Both the position numbers and the translations under genes were made by a program. The notes beneath the pieces were generated by a model. It had not been told where the DNA came from and made no database searches. It saw only the letters and a list, made by a program, of their open reading frames with translations. A DNA stretch of 64,000 bases from an uncultured candidate division Zixibacteria bacterium (GTDB lineage Bacteria; Zixibacteria; MSB-5A5; RBG-16-43-9): the NCBI GenBank assembly GCA_963713865.1, contig OY970208.1:288001-352000 (forward strand). The letters run 5' to 3'. This document shows positions 61,041-64,000 of the stretch, piece after piece. Position 1 is the stretch's first letter. Each line of letters starts with the position of its first letter.

Positions 61041-62673
61041 TTATAACCCCCCCTTCACAATCTCCCACGGAAACAAATAATCTTTTGGTTTTTCTTTAAA
61101 GGCTAAGAATTCCATCTCTACTCCTGCTTTCCTAAAAGCCTGTGCCAGAGGCAGGTTTTCTTTGATATGGTAATAAATCCCCATCCCTACTTTCCTATTC
61201 CCCTGGGATAAAACTCCTTGCAGGGTTGCTTCTTTTATGCTTTTCTTTTCAAATTTAATCCCTTTCAACGCTCTTATTCCATCTGAGATTATTTTTAATT
61301 TTTCCCGCAGGGATTTTTCAGAGTCCATTGGTGCCCATTGGAAAGGAGTAAAGGGTTTGGGAACAAAAGGGTTTATGGAAAGGATGATTTGTCTTTTTTC
61401 GAAGACTCTGAGCGAAGTCAAAGAGCGGGTCTCCCCTACATTTTGGCGGGAGGTCATAAAGACCTCCCCTACATCTTTAATCAAATCCACAATCCCCTTA
61501 ATATCCTCTTTTTTCTCAAAAGGAAGTCCAACAATAAAATAAAGCTTCAGCTTCTCCAAATTTTTCTCTTTGGCTAACCGAACTGCATTTAAAACATCTT
61601 TGCGCTCTATTCTTTTATCAATTATCTTCCACATCCTTTCAGTCCCGGCCTCAGGAGCAAGTGTCAGTGTTTTAAGTCCGGATTTAATCAGAATATCTAA
61701 AAGATTTGAAGTAACTTTATCTACTCGCAGGGATGAAATCCCTATTTCATATCCTTTTTGATATAACTCAGAGCAAAGCTCCTCCAGAAAAGGCAGATCC
61801 GAGACCATCGAGCCTAAAAGCCCGACAGATTTTGCTCCTCCAGCTATATTTTTCGATCTCAGAGATAATCTTTTCCTTTGTATGAAACCTGAAAGGCTTA
61901 TAAATCTGCCCGACTGCGCAGAATTTGCATTTCCAGGCACATCCCCTTTCGGTCTCAACTATGAACATATTTTTAAAGTGAGAAAAAGGAGTAACAATCG
62001 AAGAATAAGTCTCAAGTTTTTCAAGATTAGCTTTTCGCCTTTCGATTTTCGCAGGAAATCCCTTTTCAATTTTATATTTCTTTAAAAAACCTTTTTCATC
62101 ATAAACCGGCTCGTAAAATTCGGGAATATAAACACCTTTTACCTTAGTTAGCTCTAAAAGGAGCTTTTTCCTGGGATAACCTTTTTTAAAAATCTCAGCC
62201 ATCTCAATAATCCCTTGTTCTGCTTCACCGATAAAGACAGCATCGAAAAAGGGTGCCATAACCTCAGGATTCAAAGTAACAGCCACTCCACCAGCCATGA
62301 GAAAAGGATGGCTCTCATTTCTATCCTTTTTTAATAGAGGGATTTTTGCCTGCTTTAAAATCTTTAAAATATTCAGATAATCTAACTCGAAAGGGACCGA
62401 GAAAGAGATGATTTGAAAGAAATTCAAAGGGTCACCTGATTCCAAGGTTCTAACTTTATCTTGAGGTTTATAATCGAAAAGAAAGAATCTTTCGCAGGAG
62501 ACGCCCTCAATCTGATTTAAGATTCTATAAATCGATTGAAATCCTAAATTAGCAATCCCCACTTCATATTTATTGGGAAACCCTAAAGCCACTCTCAATT
62601 GATATGAGCTTTTGATTATGGTTCCCTTTTCCCGGGATAGAATCTCTTTTCTTATCTTATCGAATTCTCTCAT
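61041..62673 (-). CDS. B12-binding-like radical SAM protein (TIGR03960/YgiQ-like; one extra base near 61845)
   Basis: FPNKYEVGIANLGFQ, FSVPFELDY, FIGEAE, ETERGCAWKCKFC, then SSLRVD, TLAPEAGTER, KLYFIVGLP, FVPKPFTPFQW. Confidence 0.85.
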
Positions 62674-62704
62674 CTTTTCAAACGATTAGAATCTCTCTCC
62701 CTCT

Positions 62705-63410
62705 GGGGTAGCCGCAGACTTTATATCTGCGTAACTCCGCAACCTAAAGGTTGCAGCTACCTTGTGATTTTCATTTATCCCTCCCTTCCAGGGAGGGACA
62801 AAGGGAGGGTGATTGATTTTCATAACACATCCCTCTCTCTCCGCCTCTGGCGGGATTTTCAACCTAACCCTCTCCCACAAGGGAAGAGGAAACTATGTAC
62901 CGAAGGGCTTGATAAATCAAGCCCCTACAATTCTTCTTGTCATTCTGAGGAAGCGTAAGCGACCGAAGAATCTAAAGATTCTTCGTCCGCCTTTGGCGGA
63001 CTCAGAATGACATAAATAACTATATAAGACTTCTTGAACAACCAACTACTATAGACTATTCTTTTATCTCTCTTCTAAAGTTTAACATCATAATTATAAA
63101 AAATAAAAAGTGTTTCTCCAAGAAAATAAAACGTCCGGGATAAACCCGGACGCTACGAACTGCCCTCATGTTTTTTTGTAGGGACAGAACATAGTTCTGT
63201 CCTCAAATACAAGGGGCGGGTTTCAAACCCGCCCCTGCCTAAGCGACCAAAGGGAGTGTTGAAAAACTAGAACCGAGAGAGTGTCATTCTGACCCCGCCA
63301 ATGGCGGGGGAAGAATCTATGCGTGAATCAAGGAGATTCTTCGGTCACTGCGCTCCCTCAGAATGACAGGGTTGGCTTATTCAACAGTTCCTGAAAAGTC
63401 GCACTACGAA
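62705..63410. repeat. Dense mosaic of REP-like hairpins from several families
   Basis: GTAGCCGCAGA..TCTGCG, CGCAACCTAAAGGTTGCAGCTAC, GGGCTTGATAAATCAAGCCCCTAC, two TGTCATTCTGA..CAGAATGACA, CGTCCGGG..CCCGGACGCTAC, GTAGGGACAGAA..TTCTGTCC, GGGGCGGGTTT..AAACCCGCCCC. Confidence 0.8.
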
Positions 63411-63420
63411 ACACAAGTTT

Positions 63421-64000
63421 TTACAAACTCACTGAAATCCTGTATAATCCACCCTCCCTATCAATCACCATTGTCAGCCTTCTCTGTTTTTTAATATCAC
63501 TCATCGCTTTCTTATAGTCATCCATAGCATTAATCTTCTGATTATTGATCTCCCGGATAACATCACCCTCCCTTAAACCCAAACTTTCTCCCCTGCTATT
63601 TTCCTGAACTGAAGTTATAACTACCCCGGCTCTACTTGACAGATTCAGCTTGTCAGCCAGCCCTGAAGTGATTTCCGAAACCGTAACCCCTAAAAAATCC
63701 TCTTTCTCTTCCGAAACCTTCACTGCAGGCTCTTTCTGAGCTGAAAGATCTATTTTCAAATTCTTTTTATCTCTGACCAGAGAGAGCTCAAGTTTATCTC
63801 CTGGCTTTAACAAAGAGATAAAGTCCTGAAAATCGGCTTTATCCCTGACCTTTTCGCCATTAACTTCGGTTATCAGATCCCCTCTTTTAATCTTGGCTTT
63901 TTCTGCCGGGCTACCTACATCCACCTCTAAAACTATAGCCCCTTCCTTTTCTTCCATATTTAAAGACTGAGCTAAAAGCGGAGTCAAGTCCTGAACTCTT
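63421..64000 (-). CDS. DegP/DegQ-like (HtrA) serine protease, C-terminal tandem PDZ domains (5' part outside the window)
   Basis: VQDLTPLLAQSL, GAIVLEV..GSPAEKA.IKRGDLI..VNG, FLGVTVSEIT, GLREGDVIREIN. Confidence 0.85.
   Translation of the reverse strand, partial: RVQDLTPLLAQSLNMEEKEGAIVLEVDVGSPAEKAKIKRGDLITEVNGEKVRDKADFQDFISLLKPGDKLELSLVRDKKNLKIDLSAQKEPAVKVSEEKEDFLGVTVSEITSGLADKLNLSSRAGVVITSVQENSRGESLGLREGDVIREINNQKINAMDDYKKAMSDIKKQRRLTMVIDREGGLYRISVSL

Noticed and set aside
62686-63010. Short ORFs in the REP mosaic (also 19052-19340 and 33371-33589)
   Set aside because: They are derived from hairpin repeats or are antisense to real genes.

Overview
AT-rich bacterial chromosome segment. The dockerin-type C-terminus 'YLINYLFKGGPPP', a FlgD/T9SS-CTD-like protein and a SprA-like gene suggest an FCB-group organism such as Zixibacteria (inference). 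The backbone is housekeeping, mostly on the minus strand: ftsH, hpt, tilS, alpha2-type glycyl-tRNA ligase, recO, FtsB/DivIC, eno, polyprenyl synthase, coaD, rsmD, ComEA, sprA, murB, recG, rpmB and a DegP-like protease. There is also an RND efflux operon and an SxtI/J/K-like carbamoyltransferase/SGNH cluster. The most unusual region is 38.2-43.8 kb. An intact tRNA-fMet is followed by three identical 344-bp units, each a small GIY-YIG nuclease ORF whose 3' end runs into a modified copy of the same tRNA. In those copies two short segments are replaced by GC-rich mini-palindromes (CCGCC-N3-GGCGG and TTCGCC-N2-GGCGAA). Older decayed tRNA copies lie further downstream and bracket cargo genes. The same mini-palindrome recurs about 20 times across the window, usually replacing the loop of a pre-existing hairpin (tRNA arms, REP elements), and sometimes in frame inside genes. 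A second GIY-YIG gene sits between direct repeats in a REP cluster. Seven genes are frameshifted, and five of the breaks fall on the same 7-mer (CCAGAAC/GTTCTGG), most likely a motif-specific sequencing artefact. Other candidates: a TcmP-like plus SPL-like radical SAM pair, a TIR-domain gene pair, a putative sRNA, and several small ORFs missed by the ORF track.
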